64,000 nt of DNA from Acidobacteriota bacterium (GCA_965263035.1 OZ253580.1:4974168-5038167); one strand, 5' to 3'; shown: positions 9,314 through 19,894, numbered from the stretch's first letter. The notes: generated from the letters alone by a model not told the origin. A program made the numbers and translations.

Positions 9314-10453
9314 ATGAAGATCATCGATGTCCAGACCTTTGGCGTGAACCTGGGGGACGGCAACCACGTCTTCGTCAAGATCCTGACCGACGAGCATCTG
9401 CACGGGATCGGGGAAGCCTACCGTGTCGGTCCGGACCATGCCGTGGAGCAGACGATCCACTACTTCAAGGACTGGATCCTGGGTCTGGATCCAACCCGGA
9501 TCGAGTACATCTGGCGCCTCCTCTACAACGGCTCCAGGTTCCCGGGCGGCTCCATCCTGAACGCCGCCATCAGCGGCATCGAGATCGCCTGCTGGGACCT
9601 GAAGGGCAAGGCCCTGGGGGTGCCCGTTTATGAACTGATCGGCGGCCGCTGCCGGGATCGGGTCCGGGTCTATCTGGGCATCGGCGGCAGCACTCCGCGC
9701 CAGGTGGCCAACGCGGCACGACGGGCCGTGGACCAGGGGTTCACCGCCGTCAAGATGGCTCCGCAACCACCCAACGCCGAGAAGCTCCCCTGGGACCAGG
9801 TGCTCCGGGGGACGGCGGCCAGGCTGGAGGCGGTTCGCAAGGCCGCAGGCGACGACCTGGACGTGGGCCTGGATCCCCATGCCCGCATCTTCGAACCGGT
9901 CCGGGCCCTGCAGATGGCCGAAGCGGTCGAGCCCTATCGGCCCATGTTTTTCGAGGAGCCGCTCCGGCCCGAGAACATCGAGGCCATGGGGAAGCTGCAC
10001 CGGAAGATCCCCATCCCCATCGCCACCGGAGAGATGCTCTACACCAAATACGAGTTCCGGGACGTGATCGCGGCCGATGCCGCCGACATTCTGCAACCGG
10101 ACCTGCTGCTGTGCGGCGGGCTCATGGAGGCCAAGAAGATCGCCGCCATGGCCGAGGCCGAGTACCTGACCATCGCACCGCACAGCCCGCTGGGTCCCGT
10201 TTCTACGGCCGTGTCGACCCACTTCGCCGCCTCGACGCCCAACTTCATCGTCCTGGAGTACCGGGACGACAGCCGGGGTCCCATGCGAAACCTGGTATTG
10301 GAGCCCATGAAACGGGTGGGCGGCTACCTGGAATTGCCCCAGGATCCAGGCCTGGGAATCGAACTCAACGAGAAGGCCTTTGCCGGCAATCCGCTCAAGA
10401 AATGGCATCGGCCGTTCGTCATCGAGCCCGACGGCAACATCGCCTACCAATGA
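9314..10453 (+). CDS. enolase-superfamily dehydratase (mandelate racemase/muconate lactonizing family, galactonate-dehydratase-like)
   Basis: MKIIDVQTF...ISGIEIACWDLKGKALGVPVYELIGG..., and the length (379 aa) is typical. A GAGGAAG Shine-Dalgarno precedes the start. Confidence 0.9.
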   Translation: MKIIDVQTFGVNLGDGNHVFVKILTDEHLHGIGEAYRVGPDHAVEQTIHYFKDWILGLDPTRIEYIWRLLYNGSRFPGGSILNAAISGIEIACWDLKGKALGVPVYELIGGRCRDRVRVYLGIGGSTPRQVANAARRAVDQGFTAVKMAPQPPNAEKLPWDQVLRGTAARLEAVRKAAGDDLDVGLDPHARIFEPVRALQMAEAVEPYRPMFFEEPLRPENIEAMGKLHRKIPIPIATGEMLYTKYEFRDVIAADAADILQPDLLLCGGLMEAKKIAAMAEAEYLTIAPHSPLGPVSTAVSTHFAASTPNFIVLEYRDDSRGPMRNLVLEPMKRVGGYLELPQDPGLGIELNEKAFAGNPLKKWHRPFVIEPDGNIAYQ

Positions 10454-10538
10454 GCGAGAGTCCGGCTCCCAATCCCCAATCTATTCACACCTGCCTCCGG
10501 TTCAGGCCGGAGGGCATTCACCAAAAGCGAGGTCCATC

Positions 10539-11588
10539 GTGAGCCGAATCTACCTGATCTGCATCCTGGTCTGTGGCATGTTCACCCTTCTTCCGGCCGA
10601 GCCGCTGGAACGGTACGTGGCGGTGGACAACGTATGCGCCTGGCCCAACCTGACGCTGCTCAAGGACGGCACCCTGACGGCCACCATCTTCAACCAGCCC
10701 CATCACGGCAAGGGGGCGGGAGACGTGGAGTCGTGGGTCAGCACCGACGGGGGCCGCATGTGGGAACTGGGAGGTGTCGCGGCCTCACGCGCCCCCGGCT
10801 CGAACCGTATGAACGTGGCCGCCGGCGCGGCCCACGACGGTTCGGTGGTGGTGCTGGCCTCGGGCTGGGGGGGCGCCGGCTTCCGGGAGCGGATTCTGCC
10901 TTCACTGGTGTGCCGTTCCAGCGACGGTGGGCGGACCTGGGAGCAGAGTTCCGGCGTCACGCTGCCCGACGGGGTCCAAAACCTCATCCCCTTTGGAGAC
11001 ATCGTCCAGGCGCCAGGGAACATCCTGGTCGCTCCCGGCTACTCCTGGAGACTGCCTCATGTCCCGCCCGCCGGTTCTACCGCCTACGTGATCTTCAGCC
11101 GCGACGACGGGCGGACCTGGACGGAGAACGCCGTCATCGCCGAGGATGACTACAACGAAACGGCCCTGATCCGTCTCAGGAGCGGCCGCTGGCTGGCGGC
11201 GATCCGGACTCATCGAGACGGTCACCTGGAACTCTTCGGCTCGGAAGACGAGGCCAGGAGCTGGGCGCCTGGAGGAACGCTGACGCCGTCGCGTCACCAC
11301 CCGGCTCATCTGGTGCAGCTCCACGACGGACGCGTGATCCTGACCTACGGGATCCGGGAGGCAGGCCACAAGGGAGTCGGCTACCGTGTCAGCTCCGATG
11401 ACGGCAGGACCTGGGGGGCCCCCGAGCATCTGATCCATCTGGAGGGAACCGGAGACGGCGGTTATCCCGCTACGGTCCAGTTGGCGGATGAAATGTTGGT
11501 GACGGCGTACTACAGCGACGGAATTCATGACCACCGCCGCTACCATATGGGGGTGGTCCGGTGGCTGCCGCCCAAGAAACGACGCTGA
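10539..11588 (+). CDS. BNR/Asp-box repeat sialidase-like protein, secreted
   Basis: Five Asp-boxes: STDGGRMW, SSDGGRTW, SRDDGRTW, SEDEARSW, SSDDGRTW. I place the start at GTG 10539 (VSRIYLICILVCGMFTLLPA, signal), with GAGG upstream. Confidence 0.75.
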   Translation: MSRIYLICILVCGMFTLLPAEPLERYVAVDNVCAWPNLTLLKDGTLTATIFNQPHHGKGAGDVESWVSTDGGRMWELGGVAASRAPGSNRMNVAAGAAHDGSVVVLASGWGGAGFRERILPSLVCRSSDGGRTWEQSSGVTLPDGVQNLIPFGDIVQAPGNILVAPGYSWRLPHVPPAGSTAYVIFSRDDGRTWTENAVIAEDDYNETALIRLRSGRWLAAIRTHRDGHLELFGSEDEARSWAPGGTLTPSRHHPAHLVQLHDGRVILTYGIREAGHKGVGYRVSSDDGRTWGAPEHLIHLEGTGDGGYPATVQLADEMLVTAYYSDGIHDHRRYHMGVVRWLPPKKRR

Positions 11589-11627
11589 CGGTCCCGGAGT
11601 CGAGTCCGTTCGAGCCGCTAGGAATCC

Positions 11628-12674
11628 GTGAAGGCCATCCCAAGTTGTAAGTTGAAGAGCGGTGAAACGCTCTCGGTCGAGTATTTCGAGCCGGGACCCC
11701 AGGTTCCCGCCTCCCTGGCGGAGGAAATCACCCGATTCGTGATCCAGGTGGAGACCCTGGACTCGTGGGCCTCGGTGGCCGAGTCCCTCTACCTGAAGCG
11801 GTGCCTCCAGGGCCGGTTCGCCGAAACCGGCTTGGATCCCCTCTTCCTGGGGCGCCTCGACGGGAGGATCGTCGGGGATGTCGGCTGCCAAGTCTCCCGG
11901 GACTGTCCCGAGGTGGGGAGCCTCGGCTGGGTCTTCACCGATCCGGCGCAGCGGGGGAAGGGAATCAGCTCGCATCTGACCCGGCTGGCAGTGGAGTGGT
12001 TCCAGGATCGGGGCGGAGTCTGCATGCTGCTGGGGACGGGGAATCCCATCGCCCATCACGTCTACGAGAAATACGGGTTTGGGGATTACAATGGACACGT
12101 GATGCGGCGTCTGAGTCCCGGCGCCGAGGCGAAGGATTTCGAAGAGAGGCTGTTTGCCTGCACCGGACCCGCCGCCGTTCGGCCGGCCGTCTGGGGAGAC
12201 GCCTCGCGGGTCGCGGCCCTGTACGCCGCCCCCCATCCCTGGCTCGTCCAGGACCACCAGGAAGGCCTCATCACTCATCCCTCCCTGAAGAAGGTCCGGT
12301 ATTTCTCCATCTTCCCCGCGCTCATGCTCCGGGCGGAGCGCCCGGGCGGTTCCGTGCAGGTGCTGGAGACGAGCCGGAAGCGAATCGTGGGGCTGGCCGC
12401 TCTGTTTCCCGAACCCGGGCCGTTCCAGGCGCACGTGGGCCGTCTCGACTTCCTGATCCGGCCCGAGTTTCTGGATCAGGGGCGTGACCTGCTGGCGGCG
12501 GTATTGAACCAGGGCAGCGCAGGAGGCGTCCGGTTGGTAGAAGCCCGCTTCGCCTCCTGCGATGTAGAGAAGGTGAAGTTGGCCCGTGAAGCCGGATTCC
12601 GGCGGGTCGCCCGGTTCCCGGACCGGTTCCGGATCGGCGCCGAGAGTGTCGATCTGGAGCTTTACGTCTCGTAA
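11628..12674 (+). CDS. GNAT-family N-acetyltransferase (two-domain)
   Basis: It carries an acetyl-CoA-binding type motif, QRGKGISSHLTRLAVEWF...HHVYEKYGF. Confidence 0.6.
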   Translation: MKAIPSCKLKSGETLSVEYFEPGPQVPASLAEEITRFVIQVETLDSWASVAESLYLKRCLQGRFAETGLDPLFLGRLDGRIVGDVGCQVSRDCPEVGSLGWVFTDPAQRGKGISSHLTRLAVEWFQDRGGVCMLLGTGNPIAHHVYEKYGFGDYNGHVMRRLSPGAEAKDFEERLFACTGPAAVRPAVWGDASRVAALYAAPHPWLVQDHQEGLITHPSLKKVRYFSIFPALMLRAERPGGSVQVLETSRKRIVGLAALFPEPGPFQAHVGRLDFLIRPEFLDQGRDLLAAVLNQGSAGGVRLVEARFASCDVEKVKLAREAGFRRVARFPDRFRIGAESVDLELYVS

Positions 12675-12717
12675 CGAACTTGAAGCTGGGGCGCGGTTGC
12701 CCAAGAGGAGATTTTCC

Positions 12718-15561
12718 ATGATCTGCAGGTCGCGGCGCATCGTCTGGATTCTGGCGTTCTGGCTGCTGGCGGGAGGCCTGGGTTCCGCACCCGTACTGGC
12801 CCTGGAATCACATCAAACACCGTCCTCCGACGCGCTGCCCCTGGACCCGGCCGTCACCAAGGGGCGTCTGGACAACGGCCTGAGCTATTTCCTCCGGGTC
12901 CACCGGCAGCCGGAGAAGCGGATGGCCCTCTGGCTGGCGGTCAACGCCGGGTCCATGCAGGAAGACGACGATCAGCAGGGTTTGGCCCACTTCCTGGAGC
13001 ACATGGCCTTCAACGGCACGCGCCGGTTCCAGAAACAGGAGATCGTGGACTACCTGGAGACCATCGGGATGCGTTTTGGCCCCGACGTCAACGCCTACAC
13101 CTCGTTCGACGAGACGGTCTACATGCTGGAGGTCCCCACGGACAACCCTGAATACATGGAGAAGGCCTTTCTGATTCTCCATGAATGGGCCCAGGGGATC
13201 GTCCTGGACCCGGAGGAGGTGGAGAAGGAGCGAGGTGTGGTCCTGGAGGAGAGGCGCGCCAGCCTGGGGGCCCAGTCGCGGATCCGCGACCAGCAGTTTC
13301 CCGTTATCTTCAAGGGGTCCCGGTATGCAACTCGGCTCCCGATCGGGACCGAGGAGATCCTGAAGGCGGCCCAGCCCGAGACCCTGAAGCGCTTCTACCG
13401 AGACTGGTACCGGCCCGGCCTGATGGCGGTCATCGCGGTGGGTGACTTCGACGGAAAAGAGGTGGAAAAAGCGATCCGGGAGCGTTTCAGCGATCTGAAG
13501 GGGCCGGAGAATCCTCGTCCCCGGGTCGTGCATCCGGTTCCGCCCCATGAGGAGACCCTGGTCAGCATCGTCACCGACCCGGAGGTTCCCGGCACCTCCG
13601 TCTCTCTTCTCAAGAAGCTTCCTGCGCTGCCCCAGAACAGCCGGGCCGCCTACCGGCAGATGGTGATCGAACGCCTGTTCCACGCCATGCTCAATGCCCG
13701 CTTGGAGGAAAAACGGCGCACCGCCGCCGCCCCGTTCCGCTTTTCCATGTCTCAGACCGTTCGTTCCATGGTCCGGTCCGCCGACATCCTGGTCCAGGCG
13801 GCCATGGCCAAGCAGGACCGGATCGCCGAGAGCATGGAGACCCTCCTGACCGAGGTGGAGCGGGCCACCGTCCATGGTTTCCAGCCCTCGGAGCTGGACC
13901 GGGTCAAGAAGGAGATGCTGCGCGGCTACGAGACCAGCGCCCGGGAGAAGGACAAGGTCCGGTCGCGGCGCTACACCTCGGAGATTCTGCGCCACTTCCT
14001 GGTGGGCGAGGGAATGCCCGGGATCGACTATGAGCTGAAGTTGCTGAAGGAGCTCCTTCCCGGAATCGACGCCGATGCCCTGAATGCAGTGGCTCGTGAG
14101 TGGGGCCGGCCGGGAAACCGGGTCGTCACCGTCACCGCCCTGGAGGGGACGCAGGTTCCGAAACAGGAGGCGCTGCTGGCCCTGATGGACCGCGGCGACC
14201 GGAAGGTCGAGGCCTATCAGGACCAAGCCAAGGCCGGGCCTCTGGTGCCCGAACCGCCCGCGGACGGCCGCATCGCCGAGGAATCCCGGATCCCGGAGCT
14301 GGGGATCACCGTCTGGAAGCTCTCCAACGGGGTTCAGGTGATCCTGAAGCCCACCGACTTCAAGAACGACGAGGTACTTCTCTCCGGCTTCAGCCCGGGA
14401 GGCCATTCCCTGGCCTCCGACCAGGACTACCCGTCGGCCCTTTATGCCGACTCGGTGGTCGGGACGGGCGGAGCGGGAGGCTTCAGCGCGGTGGAGCTGG
14501 GAAAAGCCCTGGCCGGCAAGGTGGTCCAGGTCTCCACCTCCATCTTCGAGCTGGAGGAAACGGTGCGGGGGCGGGCATCGCCCCAGGACCTGGAGACCAT
14601 GCTCCAACTGGTCTACCTCCGGCTGACCGCTCCCCGTCTGGACCCGGATGCGATCGCCGCGTGGAAGGCCAACGCCCTGGAATCGGTGCGCAACCGCCTG
14701 GTCATGCCCCAGGCCGTTTTCGGCGACCGGCTCCAGGAAGTGTTGAGCCGGAATCATCTCCGGCGCCGGCCCCCCACCGAAGAGAGCCTGGGCCGGATGG
14801 ACCCGGAGAAGGCGCTGGAGATCTACCGGGAGCGGTTTCAGGACGCCAGCGACTTCACCTTCGTACTGGTGGGGAACCTGGATCTGAAAGCTCTCCGGGG
14901 ACCGCTGCTCACTTATCTGGGCGGGCTGCCCTCCAGCCGGCGTGACGAGAAATGGCGGGACGTGGGCGTCCAATCCCCGAAGGAAGTGGTCCGTTTCGAA
15001 GTGAAGAAGGGGCTCGAGCCCCAGAGCCGGGTCCACCTCCAGTTCCTGGGTGAAGCCGGCTGGAGCCGCCAGAGCCGGCACGACCTCACGTCCCTGGCGC
15101 GGGTCTTGAGCATCCGCCTGCGAGAGGTGCTCCGAGAGGATATGGGAGGCACCTACGGCGTCCGGGTGCGGAGCCGACTCCGCCGCCGGCCCACCGAGTC
15201 GTACTCCTTCACCATCTCCTTCGGCTGCGCCCCGGAGAACGTGGATCAGCTGGTGAAGGCTGCCCTCGACGAGATCGAGAAGCTCCGCGAGCACGGCGTG
15301 GACGACGAGATCCTGGTCAAGGTCCGCGAAGGCCAGCTCCGATCCCGGGAAGTGTCCCTCAGACGCAACGGCTTCTGGTTGAACCGGTTGGCCGGTCACT
15401 ACCGTTACGGTACCGATCCGCGCCTGGTCCTGGAATACCAGCCATTGGTCGAGAGCGTGACTTCCGACCGCATGCGGGACACGCTGAGTCGATATCTGAA
15501 CCCCGAGCGCTACGTGATGGGCGTGTTGAATCCGGAAAAGACCGCTCCGGCTGCGGATTAG
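12718..15561 (+). CDS. M16 (pitrilysin/insulinase) family zinc peptidase, secreted
   Basis: HFLEHMAFNGT is the inverted HxxEH zinc motif. The protein has a signal peptide and a duplicated M16/M16C architecture. ATG 12718 is preceded by AGAGGAG. Confidence 0.9.
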   Translation: MICRSRRIVWILAFWLLAGGLGSAPVLALESHQTPSSDALPLDPAVTKGRLDNGLSYFLRVHRQPEKRMALWLAVNAGSMQEDDDQQGLAHFLEHMAFNGTRRFQKQEIVDYLETIGMRFGPDVNAYTSFDETVYMLEVPTDNPEYMEKAFLILHEWAQGIVLDPEEVEKERGVVLEERRASLGAQSRIRDQQFPVIFKGSRYATRLPIGTEEILKAAQPETLKRFYRDWYRPGLMAVIAVGDFDGKEVEKAIRERFSDLKGPENPRPRVVHPVPPHEETLVSIVTDPEVPGTSVSLLKKLPALPQNSRAAYRQMVIERLFHAMLNARLEEKRRTAAAPFRFSMSQTVRSMVRSADILVQAAMAKQDRIAESMETLLTEVERATVHGFQPSELDRVKKEMLRGYETSAREKDKVRSRRYTSEILRHFLVGEGMPGIDYELKLLKELLPGIDADALNAVAREWGRPGNRVVTVTALEGTQVPKQEALLALMDRGDRKVEAYQDQAKAGPLVPEPPADGRIAEESRIPELGITVWKLSNGVQVILKPTDFKNDEVLLSGFSPGGHSLASDQDYPSALYADSVVGTGGAGGFSAVELGKALAGKVVQVSTSIFELEETVRGRASPQDLETMLQLVYLRLTAPRLDPDAIAAWKANALESVRNRLVMPQAVFGDRLQEVLSRNHLRRRPPTEESLGRMDPEKALEIYRERFQDASDFTFVLVGNLDLKALRGPLLTYLGGLPSSRRDEKWRDVGVQSPKEVVRFEVKKGLEPQSRVHLQFLGEAGWSRQSRHDLTSLARVLSIRLREVLREDMGGTYGVRVRSRLRRRPTESYSFTISFGCAPENVDQLVKAALDEIEKLREHGVDDEILVKVREGQLRSREVSLRRNGFWLNRLAGHYRYGTDPRLVLEYQPLVESVTSDRMRDTLSRYLNPERYVMGVLNPEKTAPAAD

Positions 15562-15645
15562 CAAGGAAAGAGAATGTTCTTCGAATAGCGGAGAGGAGAC
15601 CGGGATGGGGTCGTGTATGGAATGCGCAATTCAATCCGTCTCGCC

Positions 15646-15808
15646 AGGAGTCTGCGCGGTAGAAATGATCGTAGCGAGAAAGTGGGGAATCGAGGCCAGA
15701 TTTTCTCGATTTTGAGGTGCATAGTTGTTCTATTCGCCGAGAAATCGGGGAAATATGGACCGATTCTACCGCTTTCGCAGTAGATCAATTTCTGCGGCGC
15801 AGGCTCCT
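15646..15808 (+). repeat. family-2 MITE-like palindromic element, copy 1
   Basis: 163 nt with termini AGGAGTCTGCGCGG ... CGGCGCAGGCTCCT. It is an imperfect palindrome, and I could find no difference from copy 2 by eye. Confidence 0.8.
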
Positions 15809-15956
15809 AGGCAGTTCCTACCATGAAATAAGCGGTCTCCCGCTGGTGGAATAACTCCTCATCTTCACGCTTTTCTTTTTCCTCATTTCCTCTTTCCTGG
15901 TCCAGCCTTTCTTGACCCCCGCACAACCCTCATCCTATGATGGCGGAACGCGCGAA

Positions 15957-17336
15957 ATGACTCGTTTGATTGCCGTTCTGAGCATTGCCGTCCTGTCGGT
16001 GCCCGGCCTCTTCGGAGGGGGCGAGGCAGGGGAGAAAGCGGCTGCGGGGGTGAGTTACTCCCAGGAAATCCAACCCCTGCTGCAACGCAGCTGCCAGGGT
16101 TGCCACCAGCCTTCCAGCCGTCAGGGCGCACTGGACGTCACCAATTTCGAGAGTCTTCGAACCGGGGGCCAACATGGAGAGGCCTTCGTCGCGGGCGCCC
16201 CGGACAGGAGCCTTCTCCTGGCGCACCTCACCGGGGACCGGGAACCGCGGATGCCGCTGGGTCAGCCGCCCCTGGATGCTTCCGATATCGAACTCTTCCG
16301 GAAATGGATCGCTTCGGGGGCCCGGGACGACTCCTCGGAGATGGCCACCCGGCTGGCCGGCGGGGAGCCGCCCGTGTACCGGCAGCCACCCGTCATCACC
16401 GCGCTGGCCTACTCTCCGGATGGCGGCACCCTGGCGGTTTCGGGCTACCGTGAAGTGCTGTTGCACCGGGATTCGGACCCGGAACCCGATGCCCGGCTGG
16501 TGGGGACCGCCGATCGGATCCAGTCGCTGGGCTTCACCGCCGACGGCAAGACCCTCATGGCGGCAGGGGGCAGGCCGGCCAGCTTCGGAGAGGTCCAATT
16601 CTGGGACCTGGACTCCGGACGCCTCCTGAGGGCAGTGCGGAGCTGCCACGACACCCTCTTCGGGGCGTCGCTTTCTCCAGACGGGACCCGCGTGGCCTTT
16701 GGTTGCGCCGATCACACGGTCCGGATCGTGGAAGTGGCCACGGGCAAAGAACTGCTGAAGATGAGTCATCACGAGAACTGGGTCCTGGGGACCGTCTTCG
16801 GAGTGGACGGAAAGCGGATCATCTCGGTGGGCCGGGACCGGGCGGCCAAGCTGGCGGATGCCACCAGCGGTGCCTTTATCGAGAACGTCAATCTGCTGAA
16901 GGGAGAGTTGACGGCTATTGCCCGGCATCCCAGCCGCGAGACCGTCGCCATCGGCGGCGAGGACCGGACGCCCTTTCTCTACCGGGTGGACAAGGCCGCC
17001 AAGATGTTGATCGCGGACAACACGAACCTGCTGCATGAGTTGGAGAAGCAGGACGGCGAGATCTTCGATCTGGCCTTCAGTCCGGACGGCAGGACGCTGG
17101 CCGTGTCCGGCGCCACGAGCCGCGTGTCTCTATACGACGTGGAGAGCGGAACCGCCTCGGGAGTCTGCGACGCCGGCTACCAAGGGGTCTACGCCGTCGC
17201 CTTCCAACCGCAGGGTGGCCGGCTGGCCATGGGCGGTTTTGACGGCAACGTGAGAATCTGCGAGTTGGACTCGGGCCGGACCGTCTCCGAGTTCATCCCG
17301 GTGCCCATCCAGGAGCCGCTGGTCTCGTCCCGGTAG
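15957..17336 (+). CDS. planctomycete-type cytochrome c domain (PSCyt1) plus WD40-repeat protein
   Basis: CQGCH heme-binding motif in the context IQPLLQRSCQGCHQP, followed by WD40-like repeats. The N-terminus is a signal peptide, MTRLIAVLSIAVLSVPGLFG. Confidence 0.8.
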   Translation: MTRLIAVLSIAVLSVPGLFGGGEAGEKAAAGVSYSQEIQPLLQRSCQGCHQPSSRQGALDVTNFESLRTGGQHGEAFVAGAPDRSLLLAHLTGDREPRMPLGQPPLDASDIELFRKWIASGARDDSSEMATRLAGGEPPVYRQPPVITALAYSPDGGTLAVSGYREVLLHRDSDPEPDARLVGTADRIQSLGFTADGKTLMAAGGRPASFGEVQFWDLDSGRLLRAVRSCHDTLFGASLSPDGTRVAFGCADHTVRIVEVATGKELLKMSHHENWVLGTVFGVDGKRIISVGRDRAAKLADATSGAFIENVNLLKGELTAIARHPSRETVAIGGEDRTPFLYRVDKAAKMLIADNTNLLHELEKQDGEIFDLAFSPDGRTLAVSGATSRVSLYDVESGTASGVCDAGYQGVYAVAFQPQGGRLAMGGFDGNVRICELDSGRTVSEFIPVPIQEPLVSSR

Positions 17337-17455
17337 CGCGGGATTCTGACACTCGTCCGTAGTAAACTGGGAGCTACCATCTTTAATCCAAGTCCATGGA
17401 TCCAACCATGATCGACTCTTGCCTCCATTTCCCGGCAGGGCGGCGATCCCGCAGT

Positions 17456-19894
17456 ATGACGGCGTTGCTGGCCCTGGTCTGTGGGTCTTTGCTGGGGGCC
17501 GAGGCACCGTTGCTGGAACAGATGCATCCCCCGGGCGCCCAAAAGGGGTCGGCCGTGACCCTGACCATGTCGGGAACGGGGCTGGGCGGGAATCTGAAGG
17601 TCCTCTCATCGCTTCCGGCAAGTTTCACCCCGCTGGCGGCGCAGGCCCCGGACGCCCCAGCCCAGGACGTGGACTCGGCGGCCTTTCTGCTGGAGGTCCG
17701 AAAAAACGTGGCTCCCGGCCTCTACCCCATTCGCGTCCACAGCGACCGGGGACTCTCCAACGTCCTGCTCTTCTCCGTGGGTGAGTTTCCCGAAGTCAAT
17801 GAGAAGAAGGGAGGATCCAACGACACCCCTGCGGGAAGTCAGCCGGTCCCGGTTCCGGTGACGGTGAACGGGACCTTGGAGGGACCGGACCGGGACGTCT
17901 ATCGGTTCCGGACCCGGGAAGGGGAGAGGGTCGTGCTGGAGGTGGAGGGCCGCCGGGTCGCATCGGCTCTGGACCCCGTGCTTCTGGTCCTCGATTCCCA
18001 GGGGAAACAGGTGGCCAGAAACGATGACGCCCCCGGAATCGGCGTCGATTCGCGTCTCGACCTTTCGCTGCCCGAGGGCGACTACTATGCGGTGGTTCAC
18101 GACGCCCGGTTCAGCCGCCAGGACCGGAATTTCTATCGGCTCAAGATCGGCGCCTTCGACTACACCGAAGGGGTCTTTCCCCTCGGTTGGCAAAGAGGCG
18201 ACAGAGTCCGGGTCGAAATGGTGGGGGGGCATTCCGCCGGTCCCCGGGAGATCCCTCTGGACCTGTCGGGAGTGGACCGGGAATTCGTGATGCTGCGGGT
18301 TCCGGGGACCCCGGGCGCGCTACCGTTGCCCTTCGTGGTAGGCGACCTTCCCGAGCGTCTGGAGCTGGAAGACCAGTCTTTGGGAGTGCTGGAGCCCTCC
18401 ACGGTGGTCAACGGGCGAATCTCGGCACCCGGCGAAGTCGACCGCTACCGTCTCGACGTCTCGCCAGGAGAGGAATGGTCGGTTCATTTGGCTGGATCCC
18501 GGTTGGGCACGACCCGCCTCTTCGGCAGGGTCTCGGTCCTGGATTCCCAGGGAAAACTCCTGGCCTCGGGAGGCGATCAGGTGCCCTTGAGGAACGACTC
18601 GTTCCGGACTCACGGGGATGTCAGCCGCGACCCCCATCTGAGTTTCAAGGCCCCCGACGGGGCGCGAGAAGTGACCGTCACCGTGGAAGATCTGGTGGGC
18701 CGCGGCGGTCCGGACTACGCCTACCGGCTTTCGGCTTGGCGGGGTTCGGCCGATTTCACCATTTCCTTGTTGACTCCGTACCTGAACGTCCCTCGAAACG
18801 GAACCGTATGGATCGAAGCCAGGATCGAAAGACGGGGATATACCGGCGCCGTCCGGTTGGAGATCCCGGATGCGGGAGAGGATCTGCTGGTGGAGGGGGG
18901 TGACGTTCCCCCCGAGTTGGTGTCTCCCGAGAGTCCCTTCCGCTCCGCCCCCGGGATTCTGACCGTCACGGCCAAGAGCGGAGCGTCCCTGGGAGTACGC
19001 CGGATCTCGGTCCGGGGAACGGCCGTGTTGCCCGACGGCACCCGGATCGAACGTTGGGCCCGGGCGCCGGGTCTCGTCACCGAGGTGAAGCCCGGAACGG
19101 GTTTGCCGGAACCCTCCATGCGGATGCGTGAAGAGCCCTTTACGGCCCCCTGGTTGGGTCTTGGAGTGCCGGTGAACGTGAGCCCTGAGGTTCCCGTTCG
19201 CCTGGAATTGGCGGGAGTATCTTCGGAGCGCCTGCTGCCCGGCATGGATCAGCGTGTGACTTGGCGCATGGTGGCCGCCGATCCCGCGGTGACCCTGCCC
19301 CGGAAGCTCAAGACGAACAGGGCAGTAACCCGCGAACTGCGGATTCGGGCTGTCAAAGGCAGCGGCCAGGACGAACCGGGCACCGGCGCCATTGTCGTGG
19401 CCACCACCATGGGCACGGTCCATGGAAAGTTCAACTTCCTGGCGGAGGGGGAAGTGGAGATCCGGGGACGCAAGCAGACGATCCGGAGCCGCGCCCTTAC
19501 CTTCGATGTGGTGCAGGGCTACCACATCCGGGTCGAGGAAACGGGTCTGACGCTCCAGCCGGGGGGGAGCGGGTATTTTCGGGGCCGGGTCGAACGCGAT
19601 CCACTTTTCGACCGGCCGGTGAACGTTCAACCCGAGAATTTCCCCAACGGCGTTCTGTGCGAGTCGGTTCAGGTGGGCCTGGATCAGGAGGAGTTTCAGA
19701 TCCCTTGCACGGCCGGGCAATCGGTTCAGCCGGGTGAGTACGCTATGGAGTTGTCCTCGTCCTCCACTCTGGCGACCCGGACGGAAACGCAGGTCCCCTA
19801 TCGGATTCCATCGGTGGCCACCCGTTTGATTGTCGCCGGCAAGGAGTCGCAGGAGGACGATACGGGCGTGGCTTCTCTCCGGACGAGGGAATGA
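17456..19894 (+). CDS. large secreted protein with two pre-peptidase C-terminal (PPC)-like domains
   Basis: Two PPC-like segments: NGTLEGPDRDVYRFRTREGERVVLEVEG...LDSQGKQVARNDD, and a second copy VNGRISAPGEVDRYRLDV. A signal peptide starts at M21 of the track ORF. The stop overlaps the next gene's start (ATGA). Confidence 0.7.
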   Translation: MTALLALVCGSLLGAEAPLLEQMHPPGAQKGSAVTLTMSGTGLGGNLKVLSSLPASFTPLAAQAPDAPAQDVDSAAFLLEVRKNVAPGLYPIRVHSDRGLSNVLLFSVGEFPEVNEKKGGSNDTPAGSQPVPVPVTVNGTLEGPDRDVYRFRTREGERVVLEVEGRRVASALDPVLLVLDSQGKQVARNDDAPGIGVDSRLDLSLPEGDYYAVVHDARFSRQDRNFYRLKIGAFDYTEGVFPLGWQRGDRVRVEMVGGHSAGPREIPLDLSGVDREFVMLRVPGTPGALPLPFVVGDLPERLELEDQSLGVLEPSTVVNGRISAPGEVDRYRLDVSPGEEWSVHLAGSRLGTTRLFGRVSVLDSQGKLLASGGDQVPLRNDSFRTHGDVSRDPHLSFKAPDGAREVTVTVEDLVGRGGPDYAYRLSAWRGSADFTISLLTPYLNVPRNGTVWIEARIERRGYTGAVRLEIPDAGEDLLVEGGDVPPELVSPESPFRSAPGILTVTAKSGASLGVRRISVRGTAVLPDGTRIERWARAPGLVTEVKPGTGLPEPSMRMREEPFTAPWLGLGVPVNVSPEVPVRLELAGVSSERLLPGMDQRVTWRMVAADPAVTLPRKLKTNRAVTRELRIRAVKGSGQDEPGTGAIVVATTMGTVHGKFNFLAEGEVEIRGRKQTIRSRALTFDVVQGYHIRVEETGLTLQPGGSGYFRGRVERDPLFDRPVNVQPENFPNGVLCESVQVGLDQEEFQIPCTAGQSVQPGEYAMELSSSSTLATRTETQVPYRIPSVATRLIVAGKESQEDDTGVASLRTRE

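Noticed and set aside
12808-15564. Very long antisense or alternative-frame ORFs. Examples are 918 aa at 12808..15564, 756 aa at 20206..22476, 612 aa at 10902..12740, 614 aa at 51246..53090, 523 aa at 56398..57969, 504 aa at 54363..55877, 475 aa at 9023..10450, 466 aa at 18320..19720 and 429 aa at 60949..62238.
   Set aside because: Each lies opposite or out of frame to a gene with clear family motifs. Their translations are Arg/Gly/Pro/Ala-rich and low in complexity. Stop-free antisense frames are expected in GC-rich coding DNA.
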